From Methanobacteriota archaeon (GTDB lineage: Archaea; Halobacteriota; Methanosarcinia; Methanosarcinales; Methanosarcinaceae): DNA of 53,429 nucleotides. Both the position numbers and the translations under genes were made by a program. Under the pieces are notes generated by a model. The model saw only the letters and a program-made list of their open reading frames with translations, was not told the origin of the DNA and searched no databases. Of this stretch, positions 8,865-17,374 are shown in pieces; positions within the stretch are counted from its first letter, which is position 1, and every line of letters begins with the position of its first letter. Location of the stretch: assembly GCA_034659615.1 (NCBI GenBank), contig JAYEHR010000027.1, positions 1 through 53,429 of the forward strand, written 5' to 3'.

Positions 8865-9743
8865 TTGAACAATAAAATGAAAACTGTACTTATTGGAATT
8901 GTACTGGTACTTTCCCTTGTCGCAGCCGGCTGTGCCGGACAGGACGAAGGACCTGCAGAAGAAGAAGCTGTTGAGGTAAGACTTGGAGACCCTGGCTGGG
9001 ACGATTCACGTGCGAACACCCAGGTATTCAAACAGATCATCGAATCCACAGGCGAATATGAAGTAGAGATCGTCAAGGCGGACGTTGGTGCCATATACCA
9101 GGGAGTTTCTCAGGGAGATCTCGATGCATATATCAGCGCATGGTTGCCACTTACCCAGGCACCCTACGTAGAGAAATACGGTGATGACCTTGACTATGTC
9201 GGCAACATCTCCAGTGGCGCACGGTGTGGTCTTGTTGTACCATCATATGTGACCATTGACTCCATCGATGAACTCGCGGACCATTCCGAAGAGTTCAATG
9301 GCGAGATTCAGGGAATCGAACCTGGTGCCGGTATCATGCAGAACTGCGAGGGTGCTATCGAGACCTATGGTCTTGACTACCAGCTGAACGCAGCCAGCAC
9401 ACCAGCAATGGCAACTGTGTTGCAGGATGCCATTGACAATGAGGAATGGATCGTTGTCACGCTGTGGACCCCTCACTGGACATTTGGACGTATGGATCTC
9501 AAATATCTTGACGACCCGGAAATGGCCTTTGGAGAAGCTGAGAATCTTGCCATCGTTGCGAGATCAGATCTTAGTGAAGAGAACCCTGAACTCCATACAC
9601 TGATGGCAAACTTCCACATGGATATCTCTGATGTAGCAGCCATTATGGTGGACATCGATGCGGGAATGACTCCAGAGGAAGCCGCTGCCGCATGGCTTGA
9701 GGTACATCCCGAAAAGTACGACGAAGTGCTGGGTACCGCATAA
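8865..9743 (+). CDS. opuAC: glycine betaine-binding lipoprotein (ABC substrate-binding component)
   Basis: Signal peptide with lipobox LVAAGC and an OpuAC-like fold pattern (GDLDAYISAWLP, TLWTPHW). The TTG start lies 9 nt after GGAGG; an alternative ATG is at 8877. Confidence 0.85.
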   Translation: MNNKMKTVLIGIVLVLSLVAAGCAGQDEGPAEEEAVEVRLGDPGWDDSRANTQVFKQIIESTGEYEVEIVKADVGAIYQGVSQGDLDAYISAWLPLTQAPYVEKYGDDLDYVGNISSGARCGLVVPSYVTIDSIDELADHSEEFNGEIQGIEPGAGIMQNCEGAIETYGLDYQLNAASTPAMATVLQDAIDNEEWIVVTLWTPHWTFGRMDLKYLDDPEMAFGEAENLAIVARSDLSEENPELHTLMANFHMDISDVAAIMVDIDAGMTPEEAAAAWLEVHPEKYDEVLGTA

Positions 9744-9744
9744 T

Positions 9745-9780
9745 TGGGGATGGATTTCCCCACCTCTTTTTCCTTTTTTC
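9745..9780 (+). terminator. hairpin plus T-tracts after the betaine transporter operon
   Basis: TGGGGA (9745-9750) pairs with TCCCCA (9757-9762), followed by CCTCTTTTTCCTTTTTTC. Confidence 0.6.
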
Positions 9781-9879
9781 AGCTTTTGTGTTTCCGCAAG
9801 GTTTAATAATTAGCACTACATGTAGGGGGAGCAGATAGCTTTGATTAATAATTTATAACATTACAACTGAGGATAAATA

Positions 9880-10053
9880 ATGGGCAAAACAGGCAGCATT
9901 GAATGGGTTAGGGTCAAAGGACGGAAAGGAAGGACCATCAAGGTGAAGAAATCTGCGGCAGGGAAGGCACACTCAGGACCTGCTCAGAGATATATGTCAT
10001 CGGGTGCAAAAAGAAGGTTCATGAGACGCCCGCAAAAAGCGATCGCTAAATAA
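9880..10053 (+). CDS. small, highly basic hypothetical protein (57 aa)
   Basis: Below the track's size cutoff. ATG 9880 is preceded by tgagga and encodes [59 protein letters not shown]8 tract follows. No family was recognised. Confidence 0.45.
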   Translation: MGKTGSIEWVRVKGRKGRTIKVKKSAAGKAHSGPAQRYMSSGAKRRFMRRPQKAIAK

Positions 10054-10066
10054 CCTTCTTTATTCA

Positions 10067-10089
10067 TTTCTTTTTTTTATCTTATTTTT
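10067..10089 (+). terminator. oligo-T archaeal-type terminator
   Basis: tttcttttttttatcttattttt lies directly after the 57-aa ORF. Confidence 0.45.
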
Positions 10090-10093
10090 ATAT

Positions 10094-10145
10094 CAGATGA
10101 TTTGTGACATCATGTTAGTCTGACTCTGTCGGACTTCCTGTATAC
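10094..10145 (+). repeat. copy 1 of a ~50-nt intergenic element (core AGTCTGACTCTGTCGGAC)
   Basis: The 18-nt core at 10117-10134 is identical to 40455-40472. The flanks align over about 50 nt at roughly 75% identity (CAGATG..TTTGT..ATGT.AGTCTGACTCTGTCGGAC...CTG..TAC). Confidence 0.6.
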
Positions 10146-10252
10146 GGCTTATGGTTGGTAAGTTGATCCGTACGGAAAGAGAATTTTCCTGGAATATACT
10201 GCATGATACATAGAATCATGACTCTTTTTCATAGCTGACCTCAACGACAACG

Positions 10253-10260
10253 TTTATATA
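10253..10260 (+). promoter_or_regulatory. TATA box candidate for the thermosome gene
   Basis: tttatata lies about 80 nt upstream of ATG 10339. GGAGG at 10323-10327 serves as the SD. Confidence 0.5.
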
Positions 10261-10283
10261 GAACTACAAACATGTAAAAACGA

Positions 10284-10296
10284 CCTGTGACACAGG
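10284..10296 (+). promoter_or_regulatory. 13-bp palindrome CCTGTGaCACAGG at the predicted thermosome transcription start
   Basis: A perfect inverted repeat located about 25-35 nt downstream of the TATA candidate. Confidence 0.35.
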
Positions 10297-10338
10297 CAAT
10301 CCAATTGATCTATATTTATACAGGAGGTAAAGAATACA

Positions 10339-11985
10339 ATGGCAGGACAAATGGCAGGACAGCCGATCTTCATATTGAGGGACGGTAACCAGAGAACAAA
10401 AGGTAGAGATGCTCAGAGCAACAACATTATGGCCGCAAAGGCAGTTGCCGAAGCAGTCAGAACCACACTTGGTCCAAAAGGGATGGACAAAATGCTTGTG
10501 GACGCTCTCGGAGATGTGGTCATTACCAACGACGGTGCTACTATCTTAAAAGAGATGGACATCGAACACCCCGCTGCGAAAATGATCGTCGAGGTCTCAA
10601 AGACACAGGACGATGAGGTCGGTGATGGTACCACCACAGCAGCAGTGGTCACAGGAGAACTGCTCAAAAGGGCCGAGGACCTGATCGAACAGGACGTTCA
10701 CCCAACCATCATTGCTGCCGGGTACAGGATGGCAGCCGATAAGACAGGAGAGATCCTCAAGGACCTTGCAAAAGGCGTCACCCTCGATAACAGAGAGACT
10801 CTGATCAACATCGCAGGGACAGCCATGACCGGAAAAGGTGCCGAATCATCCAAAGATGTTCTTGGGAACATCGCAGTATCAGCGATCACCAGTATTGTTG
10901 ACCAGATAGATGGCAACACCGTCGAGATCGAGAACGTCAAGGTGGAGAAGAAGGTCGGCGGCCGCATCGAGGACTCCGAACTTATTGAAGGAATGATCCT
11001 TGACAAGGAGCGCGTGCATACCAACATGCCAAAGATGGTAGAAAGTGCGAAGATCGCATTGATCAACAGTGCCATAGAGCTCAAAGAGACCGAAATGGAC
11101 GCAGAGATCTCCATCACATCCCCTGACCAGCTACAGTCCTTCCTTGACCAGGAAGAACAGATGCTCAGAAACATCGTCAAAAATATCAGCGACAGCGGTG
11201 CCAATGTGGTATTCTGCCAGAAGGGTATTGATGACATGGCCCAGCATTTCCTGGCAAAGGCAGGCATCCTTGCGATCAGGCGTGTCAAGAAGAGTGACAT
11301 GGAAAAACTCGTGCGCTCCACCAGCGGCAAGCTCGTAACAAGCATCGAAGAGATGACCGCAGATGATCTTGGTAACGCTGGACTTGTGCAGGAGAAGAAG
11401 ATCGGCGGGGACAACATGATCTTCATCACAGGATGTGTCAACCCCAAGTCCGTGTCCATACTACTTCGTGGCGGCACAGAACACGTCATTGACAACATTG
11501 AGAAAGCACTGGAAGACGCACTGCGCGTTGTCGCTGTGGCTATCGAGGACGAGAAACTTGTAGCCGGTGGCGGAGCTCCTGAAGTGGAAGTCGCACTGAG
11601 ATTACAGGAATACGCAGCAACCCTCAGCGGCAGAGAACAACTGGCAGTGAAGGCATTTGCCGAATCCCTTGAGATCATCCCCCGTACTCTCGCCGAGAAC
11701 GCCGGTCTTGATCCAATAGACATGCTGGTAGAACTGCGCTCACACCATGAGAAGGGCACGAAAACAGCAGGTCTCGACGTCTACACCGGGAAGGTTATCG
11801 ATATGTGGGATGCAGGAGTTGTCGAGCCTCTCAGGATCAAGACCCAGGCCATCACCTCTGCCGCAGAGGCGTCCGTGATGATCCTGAGGATCGATGATGT
11901 CATTGCATCTTCCAACCCTCCAGCCGGTGCAGAAGGCGGAATGCCACCAGGCATGGGCGGAATGCCACCAGGCATGGGAATGTAA
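10339..11985 (+). CDS. ths: thermosome subunit (group II chaperonin)
   Basis: 548 aa with [25 protein letters not shown] and VAGGGAPE motifs and a GGMPPGM C-terminal tail. Confidence 0.97.
   Translation: MAGQMAGQPIFILRDGNQRTKGRDAQSNNIMAAKAVAEAVRTTLGPKGMDKMLVDALGDVVITNDGATILKEMDIEHPAAKMIVEVSKTQDDEVGDGTTTAAVVTGELLKRAEDLIEQDVHPTIIAAGYRMAADKTGEILKDLAKGVTLDNRETLINIAGTAMTGKGAESSKDVLGNIAVSAITSIVDQIDGNTVEIENVKVEKKVGGRIEDSELIEGMILDKERVHTNMPKMVESAKIALINSAIELKETEMDAEISITSPDQLQSFLDQEEQMLRNIVKNISDSGANVVFCQKGIDDMAQHFLAKAGILAIRRVKKSDMEKLVRSTSGKLVTSIEEMTADDLGNAGLVQEKKIGGDNMIFITGCVNPKSVSILLRGGTEHVIDNIEKALEDALRVVAVAIEDEKLVAGGGAPEVEVALRLQEYAATLSGREQLAVKAFAESLEIIPRTLAENAGLDPIDMLVELRSHHEKGTKTAGLDVYTGKVIDMWDAGVVEPLRIKTQAITSAAEASVMILRIDDVIASSNPPAGAEGGMPPGMGGMPPGMGM
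11935..11976 (+). repeat. perfect 21-nt tandem duplication encoding the GGMPPGM tail of the thermosome
   Basis: ggcggaatgccaccaggcatg occurs twice back to back (11935-11955 and 11956-11976). Confidence 0.9.
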
Positions 11986-12012
11986 TTCGAAAGGATAGCA
12001 AAATAGTATATC

Positions 12013-12043
12013 TGCGCAGTGCGTCACTGCGCAACCTTTTTTT
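12013..12043 (+). terminator. stem-loop plus T7 terminator after the thermosome gene
   Basis: TGCGCAGTG (12013-12021) pairs with CACTGCGCA (12025-12033) around a 3-nt loop, followed by T7 at 12037-12043. Confidence 0.7.
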
Positions 12044-12152
12044 AATCCATCATCTTGACCATCGATCTGTTCGTTTGGCCATCAAGCTGTTTCCTGGCAG
12101 ACCTTGGGTTCTAAAGTACTACTCACCAAAAACCCACATATCCAGATCAGCA

Positions 12153-12704
12153 TCAATCCACAGTATCGCCCACAGGTTTTCCAATAAGGACCTCTGTGGA
12201 CTTGATGATCGCAAAGACCTCATCACCCTCTTTGATATCCAGTGCATCCACTGCCTCCGCAGTCACCAGAGATGTGAGGATCGTGGGCTGGATCGCAATC
12301 CTCACCTTTGAGGCCACGTCACCTTTCTCAACACCGACGACCTCGCCGAGGATCTTGTTGCGTGCCGTGATACGAAAACCGATGTTCTCCCAGGCAGTAT
12401 CATCATCAACGATCCCGGAGAGATATTGTTCATTCCTCTCGTATTCCTCAATAAGCTGCTTCCCGTGTTCGGTCAGGAACGTACCCTGCTCCCTGCCACC
12501 CCTGACAGTTCTCACAACATCGTGCCCGACACGCTCGTTGATCTTTTTCAGGATGAGCCAGGCATGCTTATAAGAGATATCCATTTTCTTGCAGGCCTTT
12601 CGCAAAGAGCGCTCTTCATCAATGGCTCTCAAAAGAGCAAACTTACCCGCACCCATGATGGGCATTCCATCCTGCGTCAACCAGACCTTTGCACGTGTTT
12701 CCAT
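12153..12704 (-). CDS. ModE-like regulator (N-terminal wHTH plus C-terminal TOBE/Mop domain)
   Basis: Trimmed to METRAKVWL.. (ATG 12704). GAGKFALLRAIDEERSLRKACKKMDISYKHAW is the ModE-type HTH. The C-terminal ARNKILGEVVGVEKGDVASKVRI is a TOBE-like molybdate-binding fold. Confidence 0.75.
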   Translation of the reverse strand: METRAKVWLTQDGMPIMGAGKFALLRAIDEERSLRKACKKMDISYKHAWLILKKINERVGHDVVRTVRGGREQGTFLTEHGKQLIEEYERNEQYLSGIVDDDTAWENIGFRITARNKILGEVVGVEKGDVASKVRIAIQPTILTSLVTAEAVDALDIKEGDEVFAIIKSTEVLIGKPVGDTVD

Positions 12705-12708
12705 ATTC

Positions 12709-13824
12709 TCATCCCTCAAGACACCGGAGTATATCCTCCGGTTGATATCTGGGCTTGAGGATACGGGTCCGTCCCCGTGTCCCCTTTCCAGAGAATGACG
12801 CATCGATATACTGAGCAGCATCAAGTTTATTCACCATGTCATAGAATCGCGTGTAACCAAGACCAGTGATCTCATGGAACGAGCTGTAAAGTTCGCCTGT
12901 CCGGGGATCGCTGCCTTTTGCTATCAGTTCAAGAAGTGTCCGTTCATCAGATGTCAATCCCATGATACTACGGTGCAGGTGTAACAACCTAGAGGACTCG
13001 TACGCTTTCTCGACATCCGCTATGGATATACTCCGACTGGCGCGGCGTTCAGCATTCAATCCCGAACGTTTCAGCAGATCAATACCCAGTCGCAGATCCC
13101 CGGTCAGGTCCACATGCTCAACGATCCGGTCCCGCACCTCATAAGATACCACATCCGGGTAGAAAGCCAGATGTACTCGTGTGGAGATGATGTCCTGCAA
13201 CTCACCATAGTTATACCTCGGGAAATCGATATTCTCGGGAAGGAACACCGAACTGACCTTCGGATCGAACCTGTAGAGTTTGCCTGTATCACTTACGATG
13301 GCTATAATGCCGATCCTGGTACCCGGATATTGTTCGTGGGCCCGCAGCATAGAATACATCACCTCATCCGCATGGCCCTCATGAAACAGATAATTGATAT
13401 CATCAAGACACACAACAAGGACCTTTTCCTGTTCGATCAGACGTGTCACGATCTTTTCGAACAGTTTCCTGAATGCCACTCCTGAAGAGGGAGGATCAAT
13501 GTTGAACAATGTTCTATAGATCCTTGAGATCACTGCGAATCTGGTAGAGTCCATCTGACAGTTGATCTTCACAAAGACCACGTTGTTGGAATGGTCTTTC
13601 ATCATATCGAACACTTTCGTCACAGCCGTGGTCTTACCTGTGCCGGGAGGACCACTCAACAGGCAATTGACCGGCCTCATACCCCGTATTGCCGGTTTCA
13701 TGCTATATACCAGTGACTGCAACTGTGTTTCACGATGCAGGAACTGTTCGGGCATATGATCGAGTTCAAGTACGGCCGGTTCTCTGAACAACGTCTCGTC
13801 CCACAAAAGCATATCCCTGTTCAT
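12709..13824 (-). CDS. cdc6: Orc1/Cdc6 family replication initiation protein
   Basis: LHRETQLQSL, Walker [10 protein letters not shown], Walker B VVCLDDINYL, and a C-terminal winged-helix region. Trimmed to ATG 13824 (MNRDMLLWDE); an alternative start is at 13812. Confidence 0.9.
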   Translation of the reverse strand: MNRDMLLWDETLFREPAVLELDHMPEQFLHRETQLQSLVYSMKPAIRGMRPVNCLLSGPPGTGKTTAVTKVFDMMKDHSNNVVFVKINCQMDSTRFAVISRIYRTLFNIDPPSSGVAFRKLFEKIVTRLIEQEKVLVVCLDDINYLFHEGHADEVMYSMLRAHEQYPGTRIGIIAIVSDTGKLYRFDPKVSSVFLPENIDFPRYNYGELQDIISTRVHLAFYPDVVSYEVRDRIVEHVDLTGDLRLGIDLLKRSGLNAERRASRSISIADVEKAYESSRLLHLHRSIMGLTSDERTLLELIAKGSDPRTGELYSSFHEITGLGYTRFYDMVNKLDAAQYIDASFSGKGTRGRTRILKPRYQPEDILRCLEG

Positions 13825-13929
13825 CAATATCTCCAAACATTGTAACTCTATGGATGCATAATAGCTTTTTGCCCGGACCGGATTGGAATCGTTTATATAT
13901 TTGACCACCTATGAGAGAATACTGATGCT

Positions 13930-14238
13930 ATGAAATGTAGAGGAAGGCCCAAGAACCCAAGGCGCATTGAGCACACGCCAGACGTATTGTATTTCAAACC
14001 CAGGGGTGTGCCCCTTCTGGACCTGGAAGTGGTGGCACTTGCAATCGAGGAACTGGAAGCCCTGAGATTGGTGGACCTTGAAGGTATGCAACAGGAAGAA
14101 GCTGCACAAAAGGTAGGGATCTCACGGCGGGCCTTCTGGGATGATCTCCAGAGCGCAAGGGCAAAAGTGGCGCTGGCACTGACAACTGGAAAAGCGATCG
14201 AGATCAAAGGTGGCAATTACGTCAGGATCAGCGATTGA
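13930..14238 (+). CDS. DUF134/UPF0251 small DNA-binding protein
   Basis: CRGRPKNPR...YFKPRGVP...[34 protein letters not shown]...GKAIEIKGG matches the UPF0251 sigma-70 region-4-like pattern. Confidence 0.8.
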   Translation: MKCRGRPKNPRRIEHTPDVLYFKPRGVPLLDLEVVALAIEELEALRLVDLEGMQQEEAAQKVGISRRAFWDDLQSARAKVALALTTGKAIEIKGGNYVRISD

Positions 14239-14286
14239 TCGCATGTAACGTAACAATAATAACGTAACAATATCGGAGAATGTAAA

Positions 14287-15123
14287 ATGGCAGATAATGT
14301 TCAATCATCGGAAAGCTTGCTGAATACAAAACCTGAAGAACCAAAGCTTGTAACGAACCTGCGGGGGATAAAGAAGAAGCTCATGGTTATGAGTGGCAAG
14401 GGGGGTGTTGGCAAGAGTACCATATCCGCAAATCTGGCAGCTGCACTTGCTTCACGCGGAAAGAAGGTGGGGCTCCTTGATAGTGATATCCATGGACCCA
14501 GCATCCCAACGATGTTCGGTATCGAGGATGAACGGCCAATCGTGGGTGAGAAAGGTATTGTACCGATACAGGTATCGGAGAACCTGAAAGTGATGTCTAT
14601 CGGACTGTTACTCGAAGACAAGGATTCACCCATCGTCTGGCGCGGACCTGCCAAGATGGGCGCTATCAAACAATTCCTTGAAGAAGTGGATTGGGGAATC
14701 CTGGACTACCTGATCATCGACCTTCCCCCGGGTACAGGGGACGAACCGCTCAGTATCGTTCAACTTATCGGTAACGTAGATGGTGCCGTCGTGGTCACAA
14801 CGCCTCAGGATGTTGCACTGGTAAGTGTAAGAAAATCACTCAAGTTTGTTGAAATGATGAAAGTACCTCTCATCGGACTGATTGATAACATGGACGGAAT
14901 CATCTGCCCACACTGCAACAAGAGGATCGATGTGTTCAGGAGTGGAGGTGTAGATAAAGCTTCGGCTGACTATAGTGTCCCGATACTTGGAACCCTTCCC
15001 ATCGAACCCGATGTTGCATCCGCAGGAGATAAAGGAAATGTCAATACAGATGTGAGCGGCACATCTGAGTGGCACAAGAGTTTTGAAAAGATCGTGGATA
15101 ATATTGTCGAGAGAGTTAAATAA
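14287..15123 (+). CDS. mrp: Mrp/NBP35 (ApbC) family Fe-S cluster carrier ATPase
   Basis: Deviant Walker A GKGGVGKST, plus DLPPGTGDE and a CPHC cluster-ligand motif. Confidence 0.9.
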   Translation: MADNVQSSESLLNTKPEEPKLVTNLRGIKKKLMVMSGKGGVGKSTISANLAAALASRGKKVGLLDSDIHGPSIPTMFGIEDERPIVGEKGIVPIQVSENLKVMSIGLLLEDKDSPIVWRGPAKMGAIKQFLEEVDWGILDYLIIDLPPGTGDEPLSIVQLIGNVDGAVVVTTPQDVALVSVRKSLKFVEMMKVPLIGLIDNMDGIICPHCNKRIDVFRSGGVDKASADYSVPILGTLPIEPDVASAGDKGNVNTDVSGTSEWHKSFEKIVDNIVERVK

Positions 15124-15156
15124 TCCCCTCACCTTAACCAACATTGAGGAAATGAG

Positions 15157-15867
15157 ATGAATAATCAGGAAATGAGTAATAAACTGAAAAAATACCTCGA
15201 CCTACGCCATGAGCCTGTAGCTGTAAAACTGGTCAATAGAGGCGAGCAGATCCCAGAGGGGTATGATGAAACCGACAAGAGTATCACTCATTGTGTATCC
15301 ATCATGCGGGCTCGCAACGGGGAGTCCTTGGTGATCCCCGCCGATAAACATGCGTGTCCTGTGGGTGCATCCAGTCTGGGACTGGTTCCCCTATCTCGGA
15401 AAGTGATGTGTGGAGATTTCCACTGCAATCTCGGAATGTACAAAACACCCGAGGCTGCTGCCAGGATGATCGCACAACGATGCGAATTAGAAGGCGAGAG
15501 CATGATCGCCACTGTGGTATGTCCACTGGGGGATGCGAACTTCGAGCCAGATGTTGTAATAATTGTTGATCTTCCGGAAACGATCTACTTGCTGGTGCCC
15601 GCCCGTACCTATGAAGAAGGTGGCAATGTCAATTTCAGAACCGCATCCTTCCAGGCCACATGTGCGGACTGTACCGCGACACCCATACTGACAGGCGATA
15701 TTAATATCTCTCTGGGATGTTATGGATGCCGACGAAGGACTGATATAGGTAGGGACGAGATGCTCATGGGTATACCAATGAACAGACTCGAACCCATGAT
15801 CCGGGCTCTGGAGGATATGTACGGAGGAGCGATCAAGAAACTGAGGGCCAGCACCCAGAAGGAATAA
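15157..15867 (+). CDS. DUF169 (COG2043) family protein, function unknown
   Basis: 236 aa. LRHEPVAVKL...HCVSIMRARNGESLVIPADKHACPVGASSLGL resembles the DUF169 N-terminal pattern. It is Cys-rich. Confidence 0.7.
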   Translation: MNNQEMSNKLKKYLDLRHEPVAVKLVNRGEQIPEGYDETDKSITHCVSIMRARNGESLVIPADKHACPVGASSLGLVPLSRKVMCGDFHCNLGMYKTPEAAARMIAQRCELEGESMIATVVCPLGDANFEPDVVIIVDLPETIYLLVPARTYEEGGNVNFRTASFQATCADCTATPILTGDINISLGCYGCRRRTDIGRDEMLMGIPMNRLEPMIRALEDMYGGAIKKLRASTQKE

Positions 15868-15890
15868 CCAATATTTGGGCATACAACAAA

Positions 15891-16619
15891 ATGGATACAC
15901 GAATAGAAAATATATTACGGTGGCTTGATAGCCAACATCCAGACACGATCAAGGAACTTTCAAGTGCCATCACGGCATACCAGTGCTGGGACCATCCGGC
16001 CACCTTGACGGAAACCCTGTTGTGCAGTAGTGAAGAGGACTCATGGAATAACTCTATCAGGGACACCGCACGAACCTGTTCTGCCCTCGCCTCTGTCGGT
16101 ATCGTTCTTTCGGATGCATCCCACTGGATCGCCGCCCAGCAACATACGGATGGGAGTTATAATCGTGACGTGTACGATACCGTCTATGCGCTGATCGCTC
16201 TTGCTGATATGGGAGAAAGCAACCACAGAGGATGCATGTGGCTTGTTGAAAATTTTGGTCAGGACTGGAACCATGTGGGCACGGTGTCCCTGATCGTCAA
16301 AGCTCTCCTGAAGCAGGATAATGTAAGAGAGGCTGACAAACACAGCGACCTTATCCATAAGCATGCGAGGTGGGTCCTGTCCCAGCGGGAAGACGATGGA
16401 GGCTGGCAGTATATTGTGACCAGTAACATTGCAATGCAGGCGCTGTTGCTTGCAGGATACCATGACGAACTGTCCGGATCTGTGAAGTGGTTATGCCGGA
16501 ACATGAATTCCAATGGTTCCTGGGGCAAGGATGGAGGAGATGTTACTGCAACGGCGATGTCATTGATCACGTTGGGCAGGTTTGAAAGAAGCAGGATCCG
16601 CGATTCAGAGGCATTATAA
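15891..16619 (+). CDS. prenyltransferase/terpene-cyclase-type alpha/alpha-toroid repeat protein
   Basis: Repeated DGSY/DGGW/NGSWG plus aromatic-Ala-Leu units (DGSYNRDVYDTVYALIALADMG, DGGWQYIVTSNIAMQALLLAGY, NGSWGKDGGDVTATAMSLITLG). No signal peptide. Confidence 0.6.
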   Translation: MDTRIENILRWLDSQHPDTIKELSSAITAYQCWDHPATLTETLLCSSEEDSWNNSIRDTARTCSALASVGIVLSDASHWIAAQQHTDGSYNRDVYDTVYALIALADMGESNHRGCMWLVENFGQDWNHVGTVSLIVKALLKQDNVREADKHSDLIHKHARWVLSQREDDGGWQYIVTSNIAMQALLLAGYHDELSGSVKWLCRNMNSNGSWGKDGGDVTATAMSLITLGRFERSRIRDSEAL

Positions 16620-17194
16620 TGATGCGAGACATGATCACACGGACAAGATGTTACCGACGATTCAAACAGGACATCCCTATCGCAGAAGATACACTGAAAG
16701 AACTTGTTGATATTGCACGGATATCTGCATCAGCATCAAACCGGCAGCCTCTCAGATATATGCTTTCTTGTGATCCAAAGCAGAATGAAAACATCTTTTC
16801 GCATCTGTCATGGGCTGGTTACCTGAAGGACTGGGACGGACCACATGGAGGACAGAGACCTGCTGCATATATTCTCGTACTGGGGGATCGGACTATCAGT
16901 ACCTCACCACAATATGACGCGGGTATCGCAGTCCAGAATATACGACTTGCTGCGATGGAAAAAGGTATCGGAAGCTGTGTGATAGGCTCGGTACGTAGGG
17001 ACGATCTGCGCAAGACGACCGATATCCCCAAAGAGATGGAAATACTTCTTGTACTGGCTATGGGAATACCGGATGAGGATATTATGATCGATACCGTGGT
17101 TAATAAAGACATCCGGTACTGGCGTGATGAACATGGTGTTCATCATGTACCAAAAAGAAAACTAAATGATTGTATTCAGAACATTCACACTTGA
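16619..17194 (+). CDS. nitroreductase-family FMN oxidoreductase
   Basis: RRFKQDIPIAEDTLKELVDIARISASASNRQPLRY is the canonical nitroreductase N-terminus. The start overlaps the upstream stop (TAATG). Confidence 0.8.
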   Translation: MMRDMITRTRCYRRFKQDIPIAEDTLKELVDIARISASASNRQPLRYMLSCDPKQNENIFSHLSWAGYLKDWDGPHGGQRPAAYILVLGDRTISTSPQYDAGIAVQNIRLAAMEKGIGSCVIGSVRRDDLRKTTDIPKEMEILLVLAMGIPDEDIMIDTVVNKDIRYWRDEHGVHHVPKRKLNDCIQNIHT

Positions 17195-17374
17195 ACGCAG
17201 TATTGGGAACCCACTATCCGTGTAAAGATACAGCATCACCGATCGGCGACCATATGATATATAAGCGATCGAAGAACAATAGCAGTACGACAGATACACA
17301 GAACAGTATATCGAGCTATTCTCAAAGAGGATAACATTATATTATTTTCAGGATCAACGGGGTTGTGATCATCG

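Noticed and set aside
10698-11759. 353-aa ORF antisense to the thermosome gene. Similar long antisense ORFs lie at 6794-7681, 7938-8771, 25461-26222, 27621-28409 and 37168-37968.
   Set aside because: All lie opposite genes with unmistakable homology. Their translations are low-complexity Ser/Pro/Arg-rich shadows typical of codon-bias artefacts, and no motifs were seen.
13825-13929. Possible replication origin next to the orc1/cdc6 gene.
   Set aside because: The intergenic space is only about 105 nt and contains just a TATA-like box shared by divergent genes. I saw no ORB-type repeats or extended AT-rich unwinding element, so this Cdc6 copy is probably not origin-adjacent.
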